A DNA stretch of 64,000 nt from assembly GCA_003427395.1 (NCBI GenBank), contig BFEA01000033.1:3053913-3117912 (forward strand), written 5' to 3'. The notes beneath the pieces are model-generated. The model was not told the origin of the DNA. It was given only the letters and a program-made list of their open reading frames with translations, and did not search any database. This document shows, in pieces, positions 23,947 through 36,503 of the stretch (its first letter is position 1; the number at the start of each line of letters is the position of its first letter). The position numbers and the translations under genes were made by a program. The stretch is from Chara braunii (Eukaryota > Plantae > Charophyceae).

Positions 23947-26900
23947 CAGTGCTGGGCCGACAACCGGCCGGTTGAGCTACCTCGGTCCAACCGGAGCCGA
24001 ATCAGCCTGGGGGGGTGAACTGGGAACCGGTTTTGAAAAAAAAGTGCCCAAATATCGTTTTTTTTTTTTTTTTTTGGGCAGATTCCGACTGCGCTCTTCA
24101 AGAGCTGTCCGAATCCGCAATAATTTTTTTAAGGTACAACATTTTTCAAGGGGCTTCCAAAGGGGGGCAGGGGGTTATCATTGACATATTAAGGCAACTA
24201 CGACTTCCTCAGGGAGGGGTCAAGTAAGCAAGTTCACTTATCCGACCCCCTCGTCGCTGGAGCACTTCGTGGAGTATGTCATTTGATATTGATATCCCAA
24301 GAGCTGAACCAGATATGATGAGAGAAGATCCTTGCCCGAAATTATAGCTCTTCCAGAGCATATTTCGACAGCAGAAAAGTTATGGTTCCAGCTTTCTGCT
24401 CGTGGAGGCAGAGCGTTTTCTGTTTGTTGGTTCCTACATAAGGTGAGTTGTCAGTCCGAAAGTATCTTGTCTGGCAGTCTGTCCAGATACATGTAGTGGA
24501 GCAAGTTTCATTCGAGATAGATAGAGAGAAGAATATGGGCCTCGCTGCACTACTCTCAGAATGTGCAAAACGAGAGTGAATCTTCCGCTAGAATTCGAAA
24601 AGATACACCACCAAGATTTTTGTCTTTTGTGCATGTCGAGAGTAGCGCAGCAACGCCCTATATTTTAGGTCCATTCTTGGGATTGCACCTCGGAAGTATC
24701 TTGTCTGGCAGTCTGTCCAGATACATGTAGTAGAGCAAGGTCCATTCGAGATAGATAGAGAGAAAAATATGGGCCTCGCTGCACTACTATCGAAATGTGC
24801 AAAACGAGAGTGAATCTTCTGCTAGAATTCAGAAAGATACACTGCCAATATTTTTTTCTTTTGTGCATATCGAGAGTAGTGCAGCAACGCCCTATATTTT
24901 GGGTCCATTCTTGGGATTGCACCTCGGAAGTATCTTGTCTGGCAGTCTGTCCAGATACATGTAGTGGAGCAAGGTCCATTCGAGATAGATAGAGAGAAGA
25001 ATATAGGCCTCGCTGCACTACTCTCGAAATGTGCAAAACGAGAGTGAATCTTCCGCTAGAATTCGAAAAGATACACCGCCAAAATTTTTGTATTTTGTGC
25101 ATGTCAAGAGTAGTGCAGCAACGCCGTACATTTTAGGTCCATTCTTGGGATTGCACCTCGGAAGTATCATGTCTGGCAGTTTGTCTAGATACATGTAGTG
25201 AAGCAAGGTCCATTCGAGATAGATAGAGAGAAGAATATGGGCCTCGCTGCACTACTCTCGGAATGTGCAAAACGAGAGTGAATCTTCCGCTAGAATTCGG
25301 AAAGATACACCGCGAAGATTTTTGTCTTTTGTGCATGTCGAGAGTAGCGCAGCAACGCCCTATATTTTAAGTCTATTCTTGGGATTGCACCTCGGAAGTA
25401 TCTTGTCTGGCAGTCTGTCCAGATACATGTAGTGGAGCAAGGTCCATTCGAGATAGATGCACTACTCTCGAAATGTGCAAAACGAGCGTGAATCTTTTGC
25501 TTGAATTCGGAAAGATACAATGCCAATATTTTTTTCTTTTGTACATATCGAGAGGAGTGCAGCAACGCCCTATATTTTGGGTCCATTCTTGGGATTGCAC
25601 CTCGGAAGTATCTTGTCTGGCAGTCTGTCCAGATATATGTAGTGGAGCAAGGTCCATTCGAGATAGATAGAGAGACGAATATAGGCCTCGCTGTACTTCT
25701 CTCGAAATGTGCAAAACGAGAGTGAATCTTCCGCTAGAGTTCGAAAAGATACACCGCCAAGATTTTTGTCTTTTGTGCATGTCAAGAGTAGTGCAGCAAC
25801 GCCGTACATTTTAGGTCCAGTCTTGGGATTGCACCTCGAAATTATCATGTCTGGCAGTTTGTCCAGATACATGTAGTGGAGCAAGGTCCATTCGAGATAG
25901 ATAGAGAGAAGAATATAGGCCTCGTTGCACTATTCTCGAAATGTGCAAAACAAGAGTGAATCTTCCACTAGAATTCGAAAAGATACACCGCGAATATTTT
26001 TGTCTTTTGTGCATGTCAAGAGTAGTGCAGCAACACCATACATTTTAGGTCCATTCTTGGGATTGCACCTCGGAAATATCATGTCTGGCAGTTTGTCTAG
26101 ATACATGTAGTGAAGCAAGGTCCATTCGAGATAGATAGAGAGAAGAATATGGGCCTCGCTGCACTACTCTCGAAATGTGCAAAATGAGAGTGAATCTTCT
26201 GCTAGAATTCGGAAAGATACACCGACAAGATTTTTGTCTTTTGTGCATGTCGAGAGTAGTGCAACAACGCCCTATATTTTAGGTCCATTCTTGAGATTGA
26301 ACCTCGGAAGTATCATGTCTGGCAGTTTGTCCAGATACATGTAGTGGAGCAAGGTCCATTCGAGATAGATAGAGAGAAGAATATGGGCCTTGCTGCACTA
26401 CTCTTGAAATGTGCAAAATGAGAGTGAATCTTCCGCTAGAATTCGGAAAGATACACCACCAAGATTTTTGTCTTTTGTGCATGTCGAGAGTAGTGCAGCA
26501 ACGCCCTATATTTTAGGTCCATTATTGGGATTGTACCTCGGACGGCTCTGAAATCACAATTCCAAAATCCAAACCCATAATTTGTTCCACAGATGGCAGG
26601 GACGTCGCAAAAGGATATAATCTCAGCAGAGTCTCATCAGAATCATAGTGTTCCCCTCGTGGCTGAGCGTGAAAGAATATCAGATGTTGCCAATGGTAAC
26701 TGGTCTATTGGACCACAAGATGACAAATTGGATTAGGGGCCTACCCGACCCACATCTTAGGAAAAACGCATGGTTGTTCTCCGCTGCTGATCTGTAGAGA
26801 TCAGTGGCGGATATCCTCTGCCCGTTTTTCTTATAGAAATGGGGTCCTGGCCGATCTTTGCTGCTGATCTGCGACGATCGGCGGCCAAGATTGACCACTT

Positions 26901-27130
26901 TCTGTACTTGAAAAAATCGGGCCTACGGGACCCGGTTTCGAAATTGCGGGGCAGGGCCCGCCCCCACGAGGCCTTGGGAACACACACGCGCCGACAAAAA
27001 AAAAAATTCAACCCCCAGCGAAAATGCGCTGGGGGCAACCGGGAGGAAACCGACCCGGGCCACTGGCCAATCCAACCGGAAGGACCGCGGATGGGGTAGG
27101 GGTCCCCGGTCCATCCGGGGACCAGCCTTG
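23947..27130. mobile_element. Non-autonomous hAT-like DNA transposon
   Basis: Imperfect TIRs cagtgctgggcc / caaggctggtcc (reverse complement of the right end). The 8-bp flanks are atatatat / gtatatat. The subtermini are GC-rich and no transposase is present. Confidence 0.55.
24458..26541. repeat. 234-bp tandem satellite, ~9 units (one unit of 210 bp)
   Basis: The unit marker ggtccattcttgggattgcacctcgg recurs at 234-nt spacing, and the ORF track shows the same peptide repeated. Confidence 0.95.
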
Positions 27131-28851
27131 GTATATATGGAATTAATTCAGATCTTACGTACTCATTCGTGACAAACGACATTTCCGTCGTTCATCTTTC
27201 TTTCCTTCTATATATCATCTGGATACTCTTTTATGAAATACTCCATGCATATTTCAGTACTTACAATACTTCAAACATTGACTTACTTTCAAACATAACA
27301 GAGACTTACTTTTGAGTCTTTAACAGACATAGGCTTACTTTCAAGCCTTTAATAGACATAGGCTTATTTTCAAACGTTTTAATTCTTTCGAACCTTCCGT
27401 CGAAAATACTTTCATTCAGTCACGAGTTGGAATGGGGCCAGAAATAACCTCTGGCAGACCTTTCCCCGGAATCTGGAATTCATCGTTGGCTTTACCCAAC
27501 TTGAGGAATTACAAGAACATTTTAGAGGAATGATCCCAGCATCATCCCACTGACGGCCACTCATCCTTCCTTTTGTCCCTCATAGATGGGTCAGGCTTAT
27601 CCCCCTGATGGGACTCTCTTCAGGCTATAACCCCCTGTCTAGGTCTCGTCAGGCTTAACCCCTCGCGGGTCTTTCATTCGTACAACATATACTGCCAGAA
27701 ATTTAACATGGGTCTCTCGTGTTCATGGGGATGCACTCCCATCACCTCAGCATATCTCTCGCTGCCAGAAGTTTAACCTGAGCGTCCCACGAAATACAAG
27801 GATACTCACACTATACTATCGCATGTGCCGTCACCATCCCAGAGAGAAATCACCCTTTTCAAAAGTCCTTGTCCAGTCCGACTAATTCCCACTCCAACTT
27901 AATTATCACACAAGATTTATCTCCTTCATGTCTTGTGAATGCGTCGAGGAGTGGTGTAATCCATAAAGGATAACATCTTGACGTCAAACACCGCTTTAGA
28001 CTCGAGCCTCACCACTTTCCCTCCGATTCCAGTGCTTTCGACCCTGATTAGTCCGTCGTAAACTGAGTAGAACTGCCCCACCTTGGGTTGATTAAGTCTT
28101 GATTATGGAGGCAAGGTGACCATTTTTGGCAGAAGGTCAGGTTATCACTCATTCCCTCGTGACAAGAACAGTCGCCTCGCTCAAACAAAACCCATTCACC
28201 CTTCACACAAAAAAAAACTCATAGTACAAGTATAGTAATTATTTAACAAAATCACATGGATGCAATCACCAATACTCTTCAAACACTACGAAAAAAATTA
28301 ACAATATTGACTGAAATTGCAAAACTCTAAAATAAAACCTTAGTCAATCTATGGTTGACATACCATCAAAACACTTTTAATACCAAATTTGGACAAGGTG
28401 AGTAAATGATCAAATTAATACCTGATGATAGTCGTGTAATTAACATGTAAGCAGAAATATAACATGAAGACTTATTAAAATCAACCTTTTGCATTCGAAC
28501 CTTCCTCAAAATCTCAAATATTGATCAAACGATCATCCCAAGTACTCGTAGAATACAAGCTATCCTCAAAGTTAAGTGAGTGTTGAAAGGTCTGACTGTA
28601 GATCATAAGCTCCGCAAAACCTATCACAGAGAAAAAGTATGGGGTCTAAGACGATCTTTTACACCTCACAAAAACATAACTTATATTAATAATCGATCGA
28701 TAAAAATTATAAAGATAAGGCTAGTTTCGCTTTCGACAATATTTAAGTCAAACCCACATAGATACTTTACCACAATGAACTCATAATTCTCATCAAGAAT
28801 TTTAAATCACTCGAGTGTCATTCCATCAGGGACAACTGTAGTTTGTCGTTA

Positions 28852-28869
28852 TCCCCGGCAACGACACCA
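28852..28869 (-). promoter_or_regulatory. tRNA-Asp primer-binding site (2 mismatches)
   Basis: Minus strand TGGTGTCGTTGCCGGGGA, 2 nt after the LTR end ...ttcaCA. Confidence 0.8.
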
Positions 28870-28871
28870 CC

Positions 28872-31800
28872 TGTGAAGCGCATCGGCCCCCGCGCGAGCA
28901 AAGGCCCTCCCGGTCGCGTCACGCAGGAGAAACTTAGGCTTTCAACCTTTAAGAGACAACTTAGGGATGACACAGTGACCTGCGCCGACCCTTCGCCGCT
29001 CCGGCCGAGTGCGCCAGATGTACATCCCGCGGTCCCCTACGACAGGATAGGTTCTCGCGGGGCACAACTTACCTTCCCTAAGGGGCTGTCACCACACTTA
29101 GGGGCGTATCTCCGCCGAGCTGCCGACCCACATGCGACGGCTTTTATAATGCAATTGCAGAGGTAGGCCGACCGAGGGCGTTTGCTCGTTCGTCGTAGCA
29201 TAGGAACGCATGGTTGAACGCCAAAGTGGACCCAAACGTCGCTCGACCCTGGGCTGATCTCCCAGGAATCGGAATGTACGCCGATCGACTAGGACGTGAT
29301 ATTCCGAGCGTAAGAAAAACTCGATCAATCCTAGCCATTTTTTTCAAAGACAATCAAAAGCTACTCAGACAAAATACTTTCAAAAGAATACTTAGGTTAA
29401 TGTAAGTTGACTTATCTTATGAGATCAGCTTATATATAACACAACCATACACACGACAAGGGTTGACTTGACTTCAAACAACACTTATCAACGAAAGACT
29501 AATCGATAAAAGATTAAAGCATGACCATTACACAATGTGATGCTCAAATGACGTCTGACTAAAGTATTTCCACTCTACGTGCCAAACGGCTGGACTGTCA
29601 ACTTTTTCAATTTGATGAGATGTGTTACCAAGTTCTTTCATTCCGCCTCATACTGACTGCTAGAAAAGAAGCACAGACAAATCCCAATACTCAAGTAGAG
29701 TTAGGGTGTCATTGCTTTAATGATGACTTCACTACTTTTCTAACTTTGGTGTGAATGCCATCTGCAAGTAATTCGGCTACCCCTATGCAAGTCAGCGATT
29801 GTCTTGAACAATCAACCACTCGATGCCTCATTAAGGTCAAGGATCCACTTTCAAATTTTGTTGGTTGGTTTGTCATTCTGGGCAATAATTACGCTTTCTG
29901 TTCCACAAATGATGAAGTACCCCCCTTCTTAATGACGCTTCTCAAAATTATCGTTGTTGCCGGAAAACCCGGATAGCAGTTCCAAACCACTGCTAAAAAC
30001 AACACTGTTGCTGCCGCAAATTTCGGCAGCGTTTCCTCGTCACCGTCCCAAAGAACAGTTGTTGTCGCAAAATTTCGGCAGCGCTTCCGTGTCACCGCCC
30101 CAAAGAAGCAGCTGTCACCGCAAAATTTCGGCAGCGCTTCCGCGTCACCGCCCCAAAAGAACAACCGTTGCAGTGCCGAGCGCACAACACCTCCTCTACA
30201 CACTTCTCAATGATGGATGCAGCCGCCGAAAAAGCCGCAGCATCTCCCCTCAGTCTACCAAGGTGATGGTCATGGCAGCCTCCACCTCCACCTCTCACTC
30301 CTTCCTGCAGACCTCCTCCTTCGCCAGCAGCAGCTCCTCTTAGCTCCTCCTACTCCACCAGCAGTTCCCCCCTCCAGTAGTCAGCATTCACCCAAGCGAA
30401 ATGCTAGTAGCACCAGCCACAAATGAATGTTGGTTGGCTGACTGCTGGCTTGTTTTATAGCTGTCTGGAGGCTGAGGGCAGCTGCTTTGCCCCCAGCCAA
30501 AACTCGGAGTGAGGCTTGGCCCTTGATCTCAGACGAGATCAAGGGCTGATAAACTTGATGTTTCCCTAGGGGAACCAAGTTTCAGGCCTTGGTAATGCAT
30601 CTGGCCGCTACCCGTGGCCAGACGCAACTTCAACTGTTTGTATAGAGCCAAGTAGAGCAGACTGTTGAATTCCAACAGTCTGCTGTCAACGTAGGGCCAG
30701 ATGCAGGGGTAGAAGCATCTAGACCCTGCGTTGACAGCAGACTGTTGGAATTCAATAGTCTGCTCTACTTGGCTCTATACAGACAGTTGAATCTGCGTCT
30801 AGCCGGGGGTAGCGGCCAGATGCATTACCAAGGCCTGGAACTTGGTTCCCCTAGGGAAACATCAAGTTTATCAGCCCTTGATCTCGTCTGAGATCAAGGG
30901 CTAGGCCTCACTCCGAGTTTTGGCTGGGGGCAAAGCAGCTGCCCTCAACACCCAGCCAGCTATAAAACAAGTCAGCAGCCAGCTAACCAACATTCATTTG
31001 TGGTTGGTGCTGCTAGCATTTCGCTTGGGTGAATGCTGGTTGCTGGAGGGGGGAACTGATGGTAGAGTAGGAGGAGGTGAGAGGAGTTGCTGCTGGCGAA
31101 GTAGGAGGTCTGCAGGAAGGAGTGAGAGCTGGAGGTGGAGGTTTCCATGGCCACCACCTCGGTAGACTGAGGGGAGATGCTGAGGCTTTTTCGGCGGCTG
31201 CATCCATCATTGAGAAGTGTGTAGAGGTGCTGTCCGCTCGGCACGGCAACGACTGATTTTTTTGGGGCGGTGATGCGGAAGCGCTGCCGAAATTTTGCGG
31301 CGGCAAGTGGTTCTTTGGGGCGGTGACGCGGAAGCGCTGCCGAAATTTTGTCGCAGCAACTGTTCGTTGGGACGGTGACGCGGAAGCGCAACCGAAATTT
31401 TGCGGCAGCAGCAGTGTTTTTTTAGCAGTGGTGTGGAACTGCTGTCCGGGTTTTGCGGCGGCAACGACAATTTTGAGAAGCGTCATTAAGAAGGGGGGTA
31501 CTTCATCATTTGTGGAACAGAAAAAGTAATTATTGCATAGAAGGACAAAGCAACCAACAAAACTTGAAAGTGGATGCTTGACCTTAATGGGACATCGAGT
31601 GTTTGATTGTTCAAGACAAGCGCTGACTTGCATAGGGGTAGCCGAATTACTTGTAGATGGCATTCACACCAAAGTTAGAAAAGTAGTGAAGTCATCATTA
31701 AAGCAATGACACCCTAACTCTACTTGAGTATTGGGATTTGTCTGTGCTTCTTTTCTAGCAGTCAGTATGAGGCGGAATGAAAGAACTTGGCAATAGATCT

Positions 31801-32552
31801 TATCAAATCGAAAAAGTCGTGACAGTCCAGCCGTCTGACAGCTAGAGTGGAGATACTTTAGTCAGACGTCATTTAAGCGTCACATTGTGTAATGGTCATG
31901 CTTTAATCTTTTATCGATAAGTCTTTCGTTGATAAGTGTTGTTTGAATGTCAAGTCAACCCTTGCCGTGTGTATGGTTGTGTTATATATCGGCTGATCTC
32001 ATAAGATAAGGCAACTTGCGTTGACCTGAGTATTCTTTTAAAAGTATTTTGCGTGAGTAGTTTTTTATTGTCTTTAAAAAAAGAGGCTAGGATTGATCGA
32101 GTTTTTCTTACGCTTGGAATATCACGTCCTAGTCGACCGGCATACGTTCCAATTCTTGGGAGATCAGCGCCCCAGGAACGGGCGACGTTCGGGTCCACTT
32201 TGGCGTTCAACCATGCGTTCCTATGCTACGGCGAACAAGCAAACGCCCTCGTCCGGCCTACCTCTGCAATTGCATTATAAAAGCCTTCGCATGTGGGTCG
32301 GTAGCTCGGCGGGGATACGCCCCTAAGGGTGGTGACAGCCCCTTAGGGAAGGTAAGTTGTGCCCCGCGAGAACCTATCCTGTCGTAGGGGACCGCGGGAT
32401 GTACAGCTGGTGCACTCGGCCGGAGCGGCGAAGGGTCGGCGTGGGTCACCGTGTCGTCCCTGAGTTGTCTCTAAAATGTTGAAAGCCTAAGTTTCTCACG
32501 CGTGACGTGGCCGGGAGGGCCCTCGCTCGCGCGGGGGCCGATGCGCTCGACG
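28872..32552. repeat. 3.7-kb palindrome of a family A LTR portion, with a 10-nt spacer at 30705-30714
   Basis: 28872-30704 is the reverse complement of 30715-32552, with scattered substitutions and small indels. Confidence 0.93.
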
Positions 32553-32840
32553 GCGCGAGGCCAGCCACGGCCTAAGTCGATCGAGCACTCTCTCTCTCTC
32601 ACACACATTCACACACACACACACACATGTAGAGTAGCGAATCTTTTGACTCAGTAGTAGAAGATTCGATCGATTTCGCATGATGAATCGATCGAAGTGT
32701 TTTTTTTCTTTTACTCACACACACATACATACACACACTCATACACACACATATATACACACATATACACACACATATACACACGTAATCAAGATTCGAT
32801 CGACTTTGCTCATTCCCTTTAGATAGAGTCAGGCGAGGCA

Positions 32841-34212
32841 CGTAGTGGAATAGGAGACCTACCTGTTTTCTTTTCTCGCTCCCTCGTCGTCGTCGTAGTT
32901 AGCCGTAGTGGATAAACCCTTCGTACCTTAATTACGATGTCCCAAGATCCTCGCTTGGATGTCGTCGTCGCCGACCGTAAGGAAGGTAAGTCTTTCCTCC
33001 CCCTCCTTCTCCTTCTTTCTTCCTCCTCCTTCTTCTTCCTCTTCTTCCTCCTTCTCCCCTTTCTTCCTCCTTCTCCTTTTTCCTCTCGCGCCTTTCTCCT
33101 TCCTACTCCGGCGCTACCTCTGGTGTCTGCAGGCACTATCCTTGTTGCATGCGCTATCCCCACGCTTGCCTCTTCTTTTGCATATCCTATCTCCGCTCCC
33201 TCCTCACGCTACTTTTTCTTCCTTCGCTCGTCCTCCATGGAAGATCCCAGCGCTGGGGCGGATCCAGTTCTACCGGCCTCTTTGCGATCCAAATTCTCTT
33301 GTTGGATCCGTCCTGGACTCAGAGCCAGATTCATGAGGGAAATCTACCACGGGGCCTAAAAGAAAGAGAAGACAACCGAACTTAAACTGAAAAGGGAGTT
33401 AAATCTAGAATAAAATAAAAGAAAAAATAACGAAAATCCAAAGACTATAGCTACTAATTATCCCGTTGTACCAACTGTCACAACGGCCCTAACTTCGTTT
33501 AACCCTCATCCGGAGGTCACGGGTTAGAATCCCTGCTACCCTGAGGTCGGGATAATTTTTTGTAGAGATCCCTGTCAAAAGGGAGCTAGTTTCAGCGGTT
33601 GGTAGGTTTCGATCCCCGTACCCCTCACTTCTAAGGCCAATATTGAAACCTACTGAGATAGTTGTCATTCTTGACAGAATGAGAGCAATTCCTGTATAGG
33701 TATTGCAATGTGACCTAGTCCAACTAGTGGGCCGGATCCATTTCTAAGTATTGTGTGCGTATATACGTTCGTTGTTATGCCTGCCTGCTTAAGTACCTAT
33801 CGACTTAAGTGTGTCTGTGTCCTGCAAGGGTACTTGGTTGATCGGAAGGTCCGAAGGGTCGGTACTTACCTCATGGTCACGCTATCGAGGGTCGCCTCGG
33901 GAAGAACACCCAAATGGCGGGGATGATGGTACTATACTAAGTAAAGGCAGACACATCGAATATCAGCGACCGAGCAAGCCCAACACTCTGCATATTATGG
34001 CAGTAACCAACTCAATCCCTTCGACCTTTTCTTGGTCGAAGGGGATTCAAGTTCAGTGTCGATCCTAATCATTACAGCGCGCCATGATGACGAGCGCGCC
34101 TATACGAAATTCTACTAAGCTCAGACTAGTTCCCTCAAGGTAATTGGTGTAACCGACCCTGTCAATTGAAAAATCACAGTCGAATACCATTGTAAGGGTA
34201 TTTGGTCCGACA
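32841..34212 (-). mobile_element. Family C LTR (probable 3' LTR of Gypsy element 2)
   Basis: The minus strand starts TGTCGGACC plus the terminal hairpin. It shows block homology to ~50800-53066 and 62994-64000 and abuts satellite at 32840. Confidence 0.65.
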
Positions 34213-34757
34213 GTATCCCAGACTCTATTAAGCGACGTCCCCGTCGCCTGGAAAACTATATGCAAACAAAAGATGTTTTCCGACAAGCAAATTGTCAAAT
34301 CCGAATCCTAGAATAAAATGTGGTTCAGGATTGACATAATCACCTCACTTTTCATTATTATTGTCGGAATTTTAACCCGGGTCTCCCACATTACAAAATA
34401 AATTCAATGACTTGAAGTGGGGATACTTGATTCGTACTACAGTACATGAAATAGTCAAGTATGACAGTGCTTCCTCCTTCCCCACACCCTTAGACTTTGG
34501 CCCAGGTATTCGTTGGTTGTTTTTCAGGGTCGGTGTCTACTTGCGAACTCAACCCTTCAAATGCGGGTCCTAACCGAGACCTTGGGCGCTCAACTCTTGA
34601 TATTACTGTCCAAAGTTGCCTGCTGTCCTGCCCGAAGCCTAATAGAGGAGGACAAGCGGTCTCCATCATGACCCACCACAGTCCTGCTGATCAGGCCGGA
34701 GCTGCGGACCACCGTGTTCTTGCTTATCGGTGGTTACCCTCGTTGGTAAAACTGCAG

Positions 34758-36503
34758 ATGGCATACACCCAGGTAAGGCAGGACCTGACAAGAAAGGAAA
34801 GGCTGCAAGAGAAAGGATTGCGGATTGGGAAGGAGGAAGATGAATTATTAGAAATGACACAGGAAGAGGGGGAAGAAGAAGAAGTACCCTTGAGGCATCT
34901 GATAAGGAAGCCAAAAACTTTCCCCAAGGATAAGAGCAGAGGAGCAGACCAGGCGGTGAAAAAAAAGGAGAAAGGAAAGAAGGAGACAGCAGTGGAGAGA
35001 GGAAGAGTCCAAAAGATAAATAGGGCACCAATGGTTAAAGGGGTTGAAAAGAGAAGGTCAGTTGAGGATGGAAGGGAAGAAGTGGAAGTGAAGAGGAGTG
35101 AGAGAGGAGCAAAACCAGAAGAGAGTAAGGAGGTGAAAGCAAAGGAAGTGGGAGCAGAAACGGTGGAAGAGAGAAAGGTGGAGTATGGAGGTTCATCTCA
35201 ACAAAAAGGGGACGCAAAAGAGGGGCAGGTAAGCAAAGAAGAAAGAGCTCAGAGGGAGAAAAAAAAAGATGATGCTCTGCTTGTAAATTTATCGTGGGAC
35301 GTAAGGTTTGAGAGGATGCTGCTTTCTGAATTCGTGGTAAGTTCCAAGCACTCTACCAACATGCACAAGCTGATGGGACTGCATGAAATATTGGATGATA
35401 AGTGTACCAGACTCTTTGAAGAGTATGCTGAGGTTGCAAGGAGACTGGGGAAGATAGATAAGGGAAGAGACGAGAGAGAAGTTGGTGAGGATTTTGAGGC
35501 ATTGGGGAAAGGGCTTCAGTCAGAACTCAAAGAGAATACTGAGTTCTTCACCCAAGGGTTTTTTTACTATATCCCTGGGCTCCTGAGAGAAATGAGCAGA
35601 TTAAGGAAAAAAGAGGAGGAAAGGGATGTCCAGGTGACAAGTTTGACAAAGAGTTTGGAAGGGGTAAGAAAGGAACTGGAAGACTTGAAGAAGGGGAAAG
35701 AAGAGTTGTCGAAACAAGTAAGTACTTTGGAGGCGTCCCTGACCCAAAAGGGCAAGGAGTTGGAAGATAAAGTGACCGAGAGGGAGAGAGTGGAAAAAAA
35801 GGTTGAAAGTTTGTGCTCAGGGATTAGTATGCAAGGGGAAGATCTGGAACAAGAAATTATAGAGAGGGAAAATATGAGTCAGGTATGGGAGAAAAGGTGG
35901 GAGGAAATACTGAAAAGGATGGAAGAGCTTAAACTGAGCTACCAAGAGAAAGAGAAGGAGGCCACGAGAGTAGTGGAATGAAAGGATGAGGAAGGAATTG
36001 AGATCAAGATGGCAGAAGAAGAAGGGAAGGCTGCTCAGTCAAAAGAAGGAGAAGGGAGGAAGGGTGAACAGACTGAGATTCGAAAGGAAGGACCCTCCAG
36101 CAAGAGGCCACAAGAAGAGCCAAGGGTTGAAGAGTCTCCTGCCTCAAAAGAAGTGAAGAGTGAATGTTTGGCTTTGCCTCAACAAAAGAGCATCAAGAGG
36201 AATGAACAGCCTGAAATGGAACTCTCAGAAGGAGCTGGGAGTCAGACAGCGACTTTGACTCGGCCTCCTACAAAGAAGACCAGATATAACAAAGTCAGAA
36301 ATGGATGTTTTTTTTGTATAGAGGAGAGACACTTTCGGGATGATTGTACCATATTGGCTTAATATATTAGAAAAGGGATGGCCAGGTTTGACTCGAGAGG
36401 GCGGCTTATAGCAAGCAATGGACAGATAATCCCCAGGACACCTGAAGGTGCCAGTGTAGAGCTTCATAAGATGCTCTGGATGACAACCACTTTCTCAGGG
36501 TAG
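34758..36503 (+). pseudogene. Antisense extra ORF of Gypsy element 2: coiled-coil protein with C-terminal CCHC knuckle
   Basis: One reading frame of ~580 codons with two in-frame stops (35979, 36360). It is E/K-rich with heptads and contains CFFCIEERHFRDDC. Confidence 0.7.
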
